Assembly: GCF_001194135.2 (NCBI RefSeq) | Contig: NC_069002.1 | Location: 27,172,848 to 27,221,825, forward strand | Length of the DNA: 48,978 nucleotides | Direction: 5' to 3' | Origin: Octopus bimaculoides | Taxonomy: Eukaryota | Shown: piece by piece, positions 1-13,525 of the stretch | How the letters are laid out: every line of letters starts with the position of its first letter | Position numbering within the stretch: position 1 is the first letter of the stretch | Translations under genes and position numbers: made by a program | Notes under the pieces: model-generated | Database searches by the model: none | The model's input: the letters and a program-made list of their open reading frames with translations, nothing else | Told to the model about the DNA's origin: nothing

Positions 1-1243
1 TGTGTGTGTGTGAACTTTTGCCTTGTGATATATCTGATCCATAAAAAGACCATTTTTCAGGTGATAGCTTCCTTATAGAAAGCCATTTGAGAATATCCAA
101 TGACGGTCCACAAACGGCCGCAAATTTTATAGCAAGCACACGAAGCAATGTTGTGAAATAAGCAAACTTTTCACAAGCAGTCATTTGGTGTTTGCTATTG
201 GTTTTCTGTAACGAGGCTATGATTTCCAAAACCATTTCAAGGTTATCATTATCCTGTTTGGTATCCGGTGCTGACGATTGCTAAGGAGCTAGAAGAGCAT
301 TCAGCCAGAAAAGGTGAGGTGCTGTGAAACAAGTGCTGGTATTTTATGACTTGTTACCCAAAGCCAGGTAAACCGCAGTAAAAATGGCCTTTTTACAGAT
401 CAATTATGTCCCAAACATATTTAAACTGATCTTAAAATTTTGCATGCCTATTACGAGCAACGACTTTTTCCACATGCCCTGAAGAAGGAATCTTCACCCC
501 CGAAATATTGAAATACAGGGTAAAACTGCAACTTTTTTTTTTTTTTTTTGTAGTTCACCTTGTNNNNNNNNNNNNNNNNNNNNNNNNNNNNNNNNNNNNN
601 NNNNNNNNNNNNNNNNNNNNNNNNNNNNNNNNNNNNNNNNNNNNNNNNNNNNNNNNNNNNNNNNNNNNNNNNNNNNNNNNNNNNNNNNNNNNNNNNNNNN
701 NNNNNNNNNNNNNNNNNNNNNNNNNNNNNNNNNNNNNNNNNNNNNNNNNNNNNNNNNNNNNNNNNNNNNNNNNNNNNNNNNNNNNNNNNNNNNNNNNNNN
801 NNNNNNNNNNNNNNNNNNNNNNNNNNNNNNNNNNNNNNNNNNNNNNNNNNNNNNNNNNNNNNNNNNNNNNNNNNNNNNNNNNNNNNNNNNNNNNNNNNNN
901 NNNNNNNNNNNNNNNNNNNNNNNNNNNNNNNNNNNNNNNNNNNNNNNNNNNNNNNNNNNNNNNNNNNNNNNNNNNNNNNNNNNNNNNNNNNNNNNNNNNN
1001 NNNNNNNNNNNNNNNNNNNNNNNNNNNNNNNNNNNNNNNNNNNNNNNNNNNNNNNNNNNNNNNNNNNNNNNNNNNNNNNNNNNNNNNNNNNNNNNNNNNN
1101 NNNNNNNNNNNNNNNNNNNNNNNNNNNNNNNNNNNNNNNNNNNNNNNNNNNNNNNNNNNNNNNNNNNNNNNNNNNNNNNNNNNNNNNNNNNNNNNNNNNN
1201 NNNNNNNNNNNNNNNNNNNNNNNNNNNNNNNNNNNNNNNNNNN

Positions 1244-1290
<47 letters not shown>

Positions 1291-1457
1291 CATGTGGGCT
1301 GTGTCTGATGACTGTGCCGAGATGTCAGACGTATTATAATACATTGTTTAACATGTCCTCACCACAAGAAATTATTAACGGCATATAAAAACATCTATTG
1401 TGTCTATTAAATAATATATACATATAAATGTATATATATGTACACACACACACAGAG

Positions 1458-1499
<42 letters not shown>

Positions 1500-2334
1500 G
1501 TATAACTTCAGCTACACATACTCTCTTGTACAAATGTGCACACCGCAAATATATACATATTTACTTACATATGCGAAATCTGTCTGTCTGTATATAACAT
1601 ACATACATATATACAAACGCATATATGCATACATAGATACTTACGCCCAAGTATTCATTCTACATCTACATAGTTAAAAGCACACACAAACTACTTCCAC
1701 GATAATGCATTAGGTAGCTAAGATACCTAGCTGTGATGGAAATAAAACAATAATAAACTACACAACAAAGAGACATGTCTAATTATATTAGATTGCATTT
1801 TTATATAGAAACTGTTACACAAAGAAGAGATTAACAATTCAATCATTTAGATGAAAACAAAACAAATAAACAAAAAATGAGTATAAGCAAAAAGACGGAG
1901 ATTTCTGTTCAGTTGGCGGACTCCAGCCTTGGGTTGGTGAACTGTTTCCTTTTCCGTATGAAGAGGAAAATTAGGATGGGGAGGAGATGCCTGTCGCACA
2001 GAATATTTCGGAAAAGATGGATGAACGTAGCAAGAGTGTTGAGAGTAAATGAACCTTTTTTCGCGAGAAATTAAAGAGTCTACCAAAGGATTCAGTGTTG
2101 GAATGTGGTTTGTGGGGTCGGCCACGTGCCTCACTTCGTAATTGTTTTTTCATTCATATTTTTGTTTTTCATCCGAATTTTATACTTATCATCGATTATA
2201 TGTTCCATTTGTCCCCCGACCCCTTGTCCGTCCTTGTATCGTCCACTTGTACCGTATTTTTTTACCTTTATGGTTAATAAAGAAAAGAGTTTGTGAGTGA
2301 AACGGTATCATGAATGTTAGTTGCGATGCCCTTT

Positions 2335-2935
2335 CTAGTGTTACAGCTAGAGATATAACTGGTGTTACAATCAGTGTTACAACTGTTGTTACAACCAATG
2401 ACGCAACTGATACTACAATGTGTATCACAACAGGTGTTACGACCAACGATACAACTGGTGTTACAATCTGTGTTACAACTGGTGTTAGGTCCAGTATAGC
2501 AAGTGGTGTTACCACCTGTGTTACAACATATGTTACAAGTAATGTTACAACCAGTGATACAACCGGTGTTACAATCAGGAGGCAACTTGTGTTACAACCA
2601 GTGATGAATTAGTCTTACAACTGGTGTAACAAGCAATGTTACAACTGGTGCTATAATCACTGATACAATTAGTGGTACAGTCATTATTACAACTGGTGTT
2701 ACAAGGGATACAACTGATGTTACAACTTCTGTTACAAACATTGTTACGACCTGGTGTTACAACCAGTGATACAACCGGTGTTACAACTAGTGATACAATT
2801 CTAGGTGCAACAGTCATTGTTACGACCAGTGTTGCAGTCAGTGATATAATTAGTGTTACAACTGGTGATACAACTGATGTTACAACGTGTTGCAATTGGG
2901 GTTACAACCAGTGTGACAATTTGTGTAACCGGTGT
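2335..2935. repeat. 12-bp minisatellite, consensus ACTGGTGTTACA, ~50 degenerate units
   Basis: GTTACA/GATACA recur at 12-bp spacing; the array grades into (TG)n at the right end. Confidence 0.9.
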
Positions 2936-4072
2936 GTGTGTGTGTATACATACATTACACACACACATACACACGAGAAATAAGTATACGCACACATTTA
3001 TATAAAAAGTTCCAACACGCGTTTTACTATTAGGGTTGTGTCAATCCCAGTGATACGTTTTCTGGAATATAATCTGTGGAGTTTGAAACAATCGTACACC
3101 TAATAGTACAAACAATTTCGTGTGTGTGTGTGTGTGTGTGTGTGTGTACACATACTTGTCTTTACACGATAAATGTTAGCACTGGCCTCGAAGTTTCGGC
3201 TTCCTGTTATCAGAAACATTACGGCAAGTAAGTGGTAACTTCGAAGTCACTTTCAATCTTTTCCTTGTGATAAAGGAATATAAACATGGCACTCAACTAA
3301 AAAAATATGGAGAAATCTTTCAATTTTCATGTTCGATTATTTCTATACACATTTGCATAAAAGCAAACGTGTGTATTCGTGTGTGTTCATANNNNNNNNN
3401 NNNNNNNNNNNNNNNNNNNNNNNNNNNNNNNNNNNNNNNNNNNNNNNNNNNNNNNNNNNNNNNNNNNNNNNNNNNNNNNNNNNNNNNNNNNNNNNNNNNN
3501 NNNNNNNNNNNNNNNNNNNNNNNNNNNNNNNNNNNNNNNNNNNNNNNNNNNNNNNNNNNNNNNNNNNNNNNNNNNNNNNNNNNNNNNNNNNNNNNNNNNN
3601 NNNNNNNNNNNNNNNNNNNNNNNNNNNNNNNNNNNNNNNNNNNNNNNNNNNNNNNNNNNNNNNNNNNNNNNNNNNNNNNNNNNNNNNNNNNNNNNNNNNN
3701 NNNNNNNNNNNNNNNNNNNNNNNNNNNNNNNNNNNNNNNNNNNNNNNNNNNNNNNNNNNNNNNNNNNNNNNNNNNNNNNNNNNNNNNNNNNNNNNNNNNN
3801 NNNNNNNNNNNNNNNNNNNNNNNNNNNNNNNNNNNNNNNNNNNNNNNNNNNNNNNNNNNNNNNNNNNNNNNNNNNNNNNNNNNNNNNNNNNNNNNNNNNN
3901 NNNNNNNNNNNNNNNNNNNNNNNNNNNNNNNNNNNNNNNNNNNNNNNNNNNNNNNNNNNNNNNNNNNNNNNNNNNNNNNNNNNNNNNNNNNNNNNNNNNN
4001 NNNNNNNNNNNNNNNNNNNNNNNNNNNNNNNNNNNNNNNNNNNNNNNNNNNNNNNNNNNNNNNNNNNNNNNN

Positions 4073-4436
4073 CTTGGGCAAGTGTCTTCTACTATAGCCT
4101 CGGGCCGACCAAAGCCTTGTGAGTGGATTTGGTAGACGGAAACTGAAAGAAGCTCGTCGTATATATGTATATATATATATATATATGTGTGTATGTATTT
4201 GTGTGTATGTGTTTGTGTGTATGTGTTTGTGTGTCTGTGTTTGTCCCCCCAACATCGCTTGACAACCGATGCTGGTGTGTTTATGTCCCCGTAACTTAGT
4301 GGTTCGGCAAAAGAGACCAATAGAATAAGTACTAGGCTTCCAAAGAATAAGTCCTGGGGTCGATTTGCTCGACTAAAGGCGGTGCTCCAGCATGGCCACA
4401 GTCAAAAGACTGAAACAAGTAAAAGAATAAAAGAGT
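4073..4436 (+). mobile_element. SINE family A (CCTTGGGCAAG CORE-like motif, internal TA/TG microsatellite, tail ..GACTGAAACAAGTAAAAGA); head in gap
   Basis: Highly similar copies in the window at 8398-8698(-), 32585-32833(-), 42517-42796(+), 10044-10170(+) and 34021-34297(+). Confidence 0.85.
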
Positions 4437-4805
4437 AACTAAGGTAGACAAAAATTTATATGAAATGTAAAATTAATATAAGGTCGTTTTTACCATATAT
4501 CGGGTTGTTACAGTGAAGAAGAAAAAAATGGCCCGTTTGAGGGTGGGAGGAGAACCAGACTAGAGGTAAACTATCAGAAAGCCATGAGGTGAATTTTAAT
4601 AAGATTTTACTTTGAAATAAAATGTGTCCTAATAGAGAGAATATTTAATGGATTTTTTGACTGTTAATTAATTAGTGTGTTTACAGCATTCAGGCATTGA
4701 GAAAACAAAACCTTGACATGCTGCGCTGAACTACAATAGACGTTGGGCAGTTCATGTTATGGTTCTTTTGTAATGTTGGTTTTAAATTTTGACACAAAGC
4801 CAGCA

Positions 4806-4985
4806 GGTTCGGGTGAGGGGGTTAAGCCGATTACATCGACTCCAGTGCTCAGCTGGTTCTTATTTAATCGACCCAAAAGGATAAACGGCAAAGTTAACCT
4901 TGGCAGAATTTGAACTTAGAATATGGAGATGAAATACAGCCAAGTATTCTCCCTGGTGGGAGCTAACGATTCTGCCAGCTTGACA
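4806..4985 (-). mobile_element. SINE family B (tRNA-like head, TTTCATCCTTT.GGGGTCGATAAAATAAGTACC core), diverged
   Basis: Reverse-complement match to 13808-13980. Confidence 0.7.
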
Positions 4986-5029
4986 GTTTGCTACTTTTGT
5001 TTCTTTTTGTAACATTACAAACTTAAGCA

Positions 5030-5244
5030 AAGCCGCTGAGCTGGCATAATCGTTAGCACGCTGGGTTAAATTCTTAGCGACATTTCGTCTGTCTTTACGA
5101 TCTGAGTTCAAATTCCACCAAGGTCGACTTTGCTTTTCATCCCTTCAGAGTCAGTAAAATAAGTACCTGTTGAAAATTGGGGTTGATGCGATCGATTTAC
5201 ACCTCTCTTAAAATTTCTGGCCTTGTTCCAAAATTTGAAACTAA
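5030..5244 (+). mobile_element. SINE family B copy
   Basis: GAGCTGGCA.AATCGTTAGCACG head, GAGTTCAAATTCC B box, core and CCAAAATTTGAAAC end. Confidence 0.8.
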
Positions 5245-5389
5245 TTTTAAAAACTTACGTATTTCGTTTTTGTATTTGGTTTGCAAGAATCTTGATGTGA
5301 TTTCTTGTTTTGAAGCAAATTTTGTTGGGCCTTGAGTGAGTCATTATGTCAATAATAAATACACGCATTAGTTCTACTATATTTCTGTA

Positions 5390-5450
<61 letters not shown>

Positions 5451-7094
5451 GTCATTTCTTTAGCATTTAACCAATTAATTTAATCGATTGTTTGATTAAT
5501 CATTCGGTCAATCAATCAATCAATCAATCAGTTAGATAGAGAACAGGAGTAGAGAAGGTTTGTCATTGATGAGATCACCAATGGTAACGAAAACATTTTG
5601 ACAAACTTAACCGATTACAAGCGATTAGTTAATTGCTTAAATGGTTAACTAGTTTATTAATAATAATGAAAGAAGTGAAATAAAACCCATGCGTGTGTTT
5701 ATTATTGGCAAAATTACCCTCCCGAGATACAAGAAAAACTTAAGTATCATTTCTAAATTTTAACGATCTTTTGGAATTAGGCAAAAAAATATTTATGGTG
5801 AAAAATATTTTCTGTTAATTTATTATTCCTCCTTTTTGTCTTCTTTTTGTTTTGTCTTGTAAATATGGGAACCTTCATAATTGATATTTTCAATCACAGA
5901 TAAGAACGGTGGGGCTCTTTAGTGCCTTGTTCAGGATTTAATCGTTTATGGTCCGATATTTTAACCTCACGGCCACTGCCACACCCCTCTAGGTTGTTAT
6001 TATTGTTTAACTAAAATTCTTAATTCACAAACACTTATCAAAGGTATTCTAGTTGTGACCAGCCAGGTTTTTCTTCTGTATATCTAGGATTACTTTGTTA
6101 AATATTTCTTCCCTTTTTTAATGGCATGGCGTAATTAGAGGGAAGATTTGGCTGCTATTTCTACCAGGTCAAATGAACTCACAATTATGTATCCTCAGTT
6201 TCCATGCTAGAGACCGTTATGAATTCGTCAAATTGTCAAGTTTCCATCAGTTTGTATGCTGTAGACAGAAGGGAAATTTGAAGTTTTACTATTCAGAACT
6301 GACCCTTCCTTCATGCGAGAGAATAGAAACTTATCCAAATTCGAGAACTTCACAGTGTTATTTTTACTGATGCCGAACACCGCCAATCTGTTCAGATTCT
6401 GTCTTAAACGTTTATCTCTAGCGGTCAAGCATCCATCATTGATAAGACCAAGGAAGGTCGAAATCATGCGATCTGGTGGTCTCGGTGCTGGAGGTGGCAG
6501 GGATTTATCTCCCCGTTAGTGATATGAACAAGAGTGCATTTTGTGCCAAAAGCCAACATGGGATTTTCTCTCAGGGTAACTATCACAGTATAGTTTTTTT
6601 CTAACAGAAGAACATCTACTTTTAAGAGGAGATAAAGATTACCTCTCGGTATTAAGACTATCTCTGTCGCTAATATATATTTTGTTAACAAGCTCACTGG
6701 CTAATCATGACACCAACGCCTGTTCTGGCACTGCTTTTCTCTATATCGCTGGTAAGGAGATGAATCGCTGCTATCTCTGGCAGTCGAGCATCCGTCATTG
6801 ATAAGACCAAGATAGGTTGAAATCACTTGATCTGGAGGTCTCAGTGCTGGCAATGGTGGGGATTTACCTCTCTCTGCTAGCGATATAAACAAGTTTCTCT
6901 CGTGGTATTTACTGCAGTATCATGTGTTCTAACTGAACATCCATGTTTAGGTGGGGATAGATATTACCTCTTGGTATTAATACTGCCTCTATCACTAATA
7001 TTTTTTAAACATTTCTCTGTATAACCAAGCAATCTCAAAGATCTTGCGAAGATGCATAAGAGACTGTCATCTTTCAATGAACGTTAGAGTTCAT

Positions 7095-7390
7095 CGTTCA
7101 TCTAGCATAAGCAACTGTGTGTTCGATTTCCGGCAGTGGATTGTATCCTTGAGAAAGACATTTTATTTCACATTGCTCCAGTCCTCCCATCCGACAAAAA
7201 TGAGTCGTACCTCTAATTCAAAAGAGCCAGCCTTGTCAGATTCAGTATCACGCTGAATCGCTCTGAGAACTCCATTAAAGGCACATGTATCTGTGGAGTG
7301 CTCAGCCACTTGCACGTTAATTTCACGAGCAGGCTGTTCTGTTGATCGGATCGATTGGAACACTTGTCATTATAACCGACGGAGGACCAG
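7095..7390 (+). mobile_element. SINE family C2 copy
   Basis: B box GTTCGATTTCC, C2 body and shared tail; followed by poly-T at 7404-7452. Confidence 0.8.
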
Positions 7391-7397
7391 TTTCTTT

Positions 7398-7456
<59 letters not shown>

Positions 7457-8397
7457 ATTTATAACAAATTTCTCACCTTGCTTCAGCTCCGAGCAATATT
7501 ATACTAAGAATCCCAACCGCAATATCTCGGTCTTTCCGGATGGAGACATTCTATGACAAACTCAGTGTTGTTTAAGTAGAAATAAACTTTTGGAGCATTA
7601 GAAGGCAATTTTTATATGATTTTTGCTGAAAATGATTGATACACAGTTCGATAACACCAGAATGTCAGAGAGAAATTTAGAAAAAGTGCTTTCAGGTCTT
7701 GATTGAGGAATCCTTCTCAAACTTCAAGAAGTTGTGATGTTTTGGAGAGAGTCCCTAGAAGGATAGTTACGGATCCTGCCTTGACACTTTGTCCCCATTG
7801 ACCATTACACATGCTGAACATCCTCCTTATAGGTCACCATACCATATAAAACACGAATTACTAAAGCTGTTATTCAGTTACCTTTCTGGGGCTGTCTTAT
7901 GTATTGTCACATATGTGACCATAGTTGTGCTTCAGTGGGTGTGTGTGTGAGACAGAGATTGCATTTGTGTGTGTGTGTGTGTGTGTGAGACTGTCAACCT
8001 CATCGTTCTGTCAGTTATCCTCTACATCTGCTAACCTCCCTGAAAACTTCTTTATGTTACCCAATATCTTCAACCTCGGCCCTATTCCCTTTTCAAGGTA
8101 AAAACAAAGGGTCTTGTTTTAATTTACTTTTCATCATAAGCTATCCATAACATTTTATCTTTGTACGGTTTTAACACTTTCGCTAAAGACGTTGGGAAAG
8201 GCATGGCACTCACCACTTCTGTTTCACCTTTTTAATAGATTAATAACGCTCTTTCTAGAGCATCTCCGATGACGATGTTCGATGATAACTACACTAGGTT
8301 TTTGTGTTTTTGTTCTTTTTTTGATATGACATTACCCTATATGACAAAACTAAACATGCGTCACCGAAATCACCAGATATACTCAACATATCACTCT

Positions 8398-8698
8398 TTT
8401 TACTTCTTTCAGTCATTTGACTGCGGCCATGCTGGAGCACCGGCTTTAGTTGAACAAATCGACCTCAGGACTTATTCTTTGTAAGCCTAGTACTTATTCT
8501 ATCAGTCTATTTTGCCAAATCACTAAGTTACGGAGACATAAACACATCAACATCAAAGGTGGGGGGACAAACACAGACACACAAACACACACACACACAC
8601 ATATATATATGTGTGTGTGTATGTATGTATATATATACGATGAGCTTCTTTCAGTTTCCGTCTACCAAATCCACTCACAAGGCTTTGGTTAGCCCAAG
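8398..8698 (-). mobile_element. SINE family A copy
   Basis: Reverse complement of 4090-4425; runs into a gap. Confidence 0.85.
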
Positions 8699-9285
8699 NN
8701 NNNNNNNNNNNNNNNNNNNNNNNNNNNNNNNNNNNNNNNNNNNNNNNNNNNNNNNNNNNNNNNNNNNNNNNNNNNNNNNNNNNNNNNNNNNNNNNNNNNN
8801 NNNNNNNNNNNNNNNNNNNNNNNNNNNNNNNNNNNNNNNNNNNNNNNNNNNNNNNNNNNNNNNNNNNNNNNNNNNNNNNNNNNNNNNNNNNNNNNNNNNN
8901 NNNNNNNNNNNNNNNNNNNNNNNNNNNNNNNNNNNNNNNNNNNNNNNNNNNNNNNNNNNNNNNNNNNNNNNNNNNNNNNNNNNNNNNNNNNNNNNNNNNN
9001 NNNNNNNNNNNNNNNNNNNNNNNNNNNNNNNNNNNNNNNNNNNNNNNNNNNNNNNNNNNNNNNNNNNNNNNNNNNNNNNNNNNNNNNNNNNNNNNNNNNN
9101 NNNNNNNNNNNNNNNNNNNNNNNNNNNNNNNNNNNNNNNNNNNNNNNNNNNNNNNNNNNNNNNNNNNNNNNNNNNNNNNNNNNNNNNNNNNNNNNNNNNN
9201 NNNNNNNNNNNNNNNNNNNNNNNNNNNNNNNNNNNNNNNNNNNNNNNNNNNNNNNNNNNNNNNNNNNNNNNNNNNNNNNNNNNNN

Positions 9286-9343
<58 letters not shown>

Positions 9344-10043
9344 GCTTTTGATGGGATTTGAATTTAAAATACCACTGTCAGCACAAATTTTGCAAAGCAT
9401 TCAAGCATCTTATCGCTTCAATGACTCGGCTAATATGCCAGAACAAACGAGTGCTCACAACAAGGTATAGTTTGACATATGTGAAAAGTATACATATAGG
9501 AAATACTGTATATTAAGAGACTTCAAGTTTTATGATAAAACATGTCTGTCCCAAAATACATTGTCATCCATTCATCAGTTCCGCCATCTTTATTAGACGA
9601 GAACAAAGCTATTAGTAACAGATGATAGAAGTGGGAAGCGATGAATTTGTGTAGCTCATTGTCACCTTTCACGTAAAATAAAATGGGCGAGTATACATAT
9701 ATCAACAGATATATACGTAAATACTCGCTTGCGTACACACATTTATAGATATTTGTATACATAAATGCATACACACATATACACATATTAATAAATTTTG
9801 TAACAGCAGCAGCAGAAAACGATTATATTATAAGTCATGCGTAGAAATTATGCTTTTCTATATCAACATATATCTATTTTATTATATGCTTACATCTCGA
9901 CACGCAGACATAGAGACTATGTTTGCGTGTGTGGAGGTCGTTCACAACCATTTTTTTTTTTTTGCCAATGGACCCCAACAGCCATTCAGTGTTAAAAAAA
10001 AAAACCTATTGTATTTTTTATATATAATTCAGTATCAAGAATT

Positions 10044-10138
10044 GCAGGCACCTTGGGTAAATGTCTTCTACTATAGCCGCGGGCCAACCAAAGCCTTGTG
10101 AGTGGATTTGGATGATGGAAACTGAAAGAAGCCTGTAG

Positions 10139-10170
<32 letters not shown>
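10044..10170 (+). mobile_element. SINE family A, partial
   Basis: CACCTTGGG..GTCTTCTACTATAGCC..CCAAAGCCTTGTGAGTGGATTTGG ending in the internal microsatellite. Confidence 0.8.
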
Positions 10171-10702
10171 TAGGTGCTGCTGAATCCCGTAAATATCATG
10201 AGGTTAGTGTTTTTAATGGATTTCTGAGTTAAATTTTGACTCTCATTTCAAGCAATCACCAATGCTATTTTGTACCCTCATTTATTAATTCTTTTTTTGG
10301 TTTTTAAACGCTAATGAACCACCTATATTATAATGTCATTAATATATCTTAATATATTAATATTTCATTATAATATCTTATTGTAGTGATGTATGTATGT
10401 ATGTATTTATGTGTGTATGTAAAGAGAGAGATATGGGTGGAGAGATCCATGAAATTGGCCGGCAAGGAAATTCCCGTGTATGTATCAATCTCCAGAAGCT
10501 ACCATTAAGAGAGATAACCACACCAGAACAATATAATTGAAAGTTTGGAAAATACACGTTTGTTGGAATTTTTTTTTTTTAATAGAATGTTAATAATTCG
10601 GGAGAATCATTGATTCCTTGAGGTTATCTCCCTTCCTCATTTACAGTCGTTTGCAATAGGTGCTGGATGCTCATTTATCTTCTCTCCAAGCAAATATGTA
10701 TT

Positions 10703-10733
<31 letters not shown>

Positions 10734-11100
10734 NNNNNNNNNNCAAAAAAAACCACAAAGTACGGGTGTTTATGACAAACCATGTCATAAACACCTGTAC
10801 TTTGTGAGGGGGGGGGGTTGTCACTTTAGCTATGAATTAAGTTAATGAATTCAACGGGATACACCGTCTGCAAGTCGCTGGGTTCAGCATATTATCCTCC
10901 ATTTTCTAATTGATATACAAATTTAGGGTAAAAAAAAACCCCTTTTACCTGCTCCCATTTATTGCACTTGGTATAACACTAGTGTAACAATAATCGGGTA
11001 CTCTCCCAGCAGTATATTGGATAGATACACACACACACATATATATACACACACACATATGTATGTATGTATGTATCTGTATGTATATATCTGTATATAT

Positions 11101-11645
11101 CTGTATGTGTCCAAGTGGGACACATGCAGATAAAAAACTTGTCTGAATTCTTTAATATTGTGGTCCTACAAAAGAAGGCATCAACCATCGATTACATCAA
11201 CATTGAGAAGACAGATGTAACAGTGGCCCTGAATGAAATGAGTTCAAGCTCCGCAACTGGTCCCAATGGCTTCCCAGCTATTCTCCTCAAGCCATGTAAG
11301 CAGGCTTTGGCGAAACCACTTGATATACTTTTTCACAGCTCCCTTGCAAGTGGTAAACTTCCTAAAAAGCTAAAAGAAGGTATTATATGCTCTATCCACA
11401 AAGGTGGAAGCAGAGCAGAGGCCAAAAACTACAGGCCAATTTCTCTGACTCCACATATCAGCAGAGTCATGGAACGAACCATCAGAAAGAAGTTGATAAT
11501 ATTCCAAGAAGAAAATGACCAACTGAACAATATACAGCATGGCTTTCATCCAAGAAGAAGCTGCTTCACACAGCTCCTACAGCACTATGACTGGGTTTTG
11601 AAACAGCTGCTTGACCATTCAGATGTCAGTATGATATATCTTGAC
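11101..11645 (+). mobile_element. CR1/L2/Jockey-superfamily LINE reverse-transcriptase fragment
   Basis: SATGPNGFPAILLK..LAKPL..IHKGGSRAEAKNYRPISLT..MER..QHGF...RSCFTQLL..MIYLD, the N-terminal RT domains. Homology stops at YLD; no complete RT. Confidence 0.9.
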
Positions 11646-12940
11646 CCTTTAACAGTTCCACCAATCCAGCATCCTTGACCTGCATTTTCATTATCGATCT
11701 CAAACAAATGAGACATAAATTTGTTGTTGGTAAAATTTGAACACAGTTTGCCGACAGACAGAACGAATATCACAAAGCAGTCTATCCGACTCTCCTACAA
11801 CTCTGAGAATTTGTAGCAGTGTATGTGGGTGCTATAAGTTAAGGAACCAATATTCAGTTGCTGAAGTTGGTCTTATGTTGTCCACTACAAGAATTCCATG
11901 TTTTTTAGAGTGAGAAATTTTAAATGAAAAGAAAACAAATGTAAAGGTTACAAACATATATACTTGTTTCTTTGGATCAGAGGATTGAACAACAGTTCAT
12001 TGGTATATCCCTATTAATATATCCATAAATGACACAAGAATCATTCTTTGCTTCAAATAACAATATAGAGGCAATAAAATAACAACAAAAAGGAAAAACA
12101 AATCGAAAATACCACATTAAATAAGCAACTAGAAGCAATGTGCAACACGCAAAAAAAAAATGTACCAATAAAATTTTTAAAAAATAAAAACATAATAAAA
12201 ATTGTAAAATTCTTTTAAATTTCAAAACTGGAGTCTAACTCACTGAACAGCCTTCTCTGCTGTCAGAGATTTTTGGAATGGTTTACACATTCAACTCTCA
12301 TTTTTTTATTCATTATTTTGTTCTTTTTCTTTATTCTTCTCTATCAAATTTTGTTGGAAAAATATTTCGATGTTAATGTNNNNNNNNNNNNNNNNNNNNN
12401 NNNNNNNNNNNNNNNNNNNNNNNNNNNNNNNNNNNNNNNNNNNNNNNNNNNNNNNNNNNNNNNNNNNNNNNNNNNNNNNNNNNNNNNNNNNNNNNNNNNN
12501 NNNNNNNNNNNNNNNNNNNNNNNNNNNNNNNNNNNNNNNNNNNNNNNNNNNNNNNNNNNNNNNNNNNNNNNNNNNNNNNNNNNNNNNNNNNNNNNNNNNN
12601 NNNNNNNNNNNNNNNNNNNNNNNNNNNNNNNNNNNNNNNNNNNNNNNNNNNNNNNNNNNNNNNNNNNNNNNNNNNNNNNNNNNNNNNNNNNNNNNNNNNN
12701 NNNNNNNNNNNNNNNNNNNNNNNNNNNNNNNNNNNNNNNNNNNNNNNNNNNNNNNNNNNNNNNNNNNNNNNNNNNNNNNNNNNNNNNNNNNNNNNNNNNN
12801 NNNNNNNNNNNNNNNNNNNNNNNNNNNNNNNNNNNNNNNNNNNNNNNNNNNNNNNNNNNNNNNNNNNNNNNNNNNNNNNNNNNNNNNNNNNNNNNNNNNN
12901 NNNNNNNNNNNNNNNNNNNNNNNNNNNNNNNNNNNNNNNN

Positions 12941-13240
12941 TTTATTGAGCGAAAACACCTAAAGCTCCACGAGGCTCCGGCAGGGGATGGTGGCAAACCC
13001 TGCTGTACTCTTTCACCACAACTTTCTCTCACTCTTTCTTCCTATTTCTGTTGTGCCTGTAATTCAAAGGGTCAGCCTTGTCACACTGTGACACGCTGAA
13101 TATCCCCGAGAACTACGTTAAGGGTACACGTGTCTGTGGAGTGCTCAGCCACTTGCATGTTAATTTCACGAGCAGGCTGTTCCGTTGATCGGATCAACTG
13201 GAACCCTCAACGTCATAAGCGACGGAGTGCCAACGACAAT
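12941..13240 (+). mobile_element. SINE family C1 copy (head in gap)
   Basis: Closely matches 17406-17705. Confidence 0.85.
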
Positions 13241-13289
13241 CACACTCATATAATTGTGATAATATTTTATAACTTATCTGGATCTGTGA

Positions 13290-13525
13290 AGTCATGTGAC
13301 CTCATGGTTAGGGTGTTACACCCATGATAGTGAGATTGTGGTTTCAATTCCTGGTCTGGGTGATGTGTTGTGTTCTTGGGCAAAACACCTTATTTCACAT
13401 TTCTCTGATCATCTCAACATCTGTGTGCCGCATTGTGCACCTGAACAGGTAATGTTGATTTGATGGAAGGAGTGAGCTAATGTGTACGCAAACATTTGAT
13501 CGCTGTAAACAAAATAATCTGTGTG
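13290..13525 (+). mobile_element. Old tRNA-headed SINE (C2-like 5' part, different 3' part)
   Basis: CATGGTTAGGG..GGTTTCAATTCCTGG..TTGTGTTCTTGGGCAAAACAC. Confidence 0.6.

Noticed and set aside
476-525. CTGAAGAAGG..CCCCGAAAT hammerhead-like motif; weaker ones at 3185-3225(-) and 45569-45600(+)
   Set aside because: Stems I-III cannot be formed convincingly; at best these are very decayed relics.
7453-7860. Poly-T at 7404-7452 as the tail of a minus-strand retrocopy; traces resembling RT motifs (VMVNG, GSV, KTEIL)
   Set aside because: Too decayed to assign; possibly an old LINE RT fragment.
9523-9665. Possible alternative terminal exon GDNELHKFIASHFYHLLLIALFSS..
   Set aside because: Weak acceptor (cgtgaaag) and no family motif; kept only as a hypothesis in the C-terminus finding.
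11067-11678. 203-aa ORF as a host gene
   Set aside because: It is a truncated LINE RT fragment whose start is supplied by a microsatellite.
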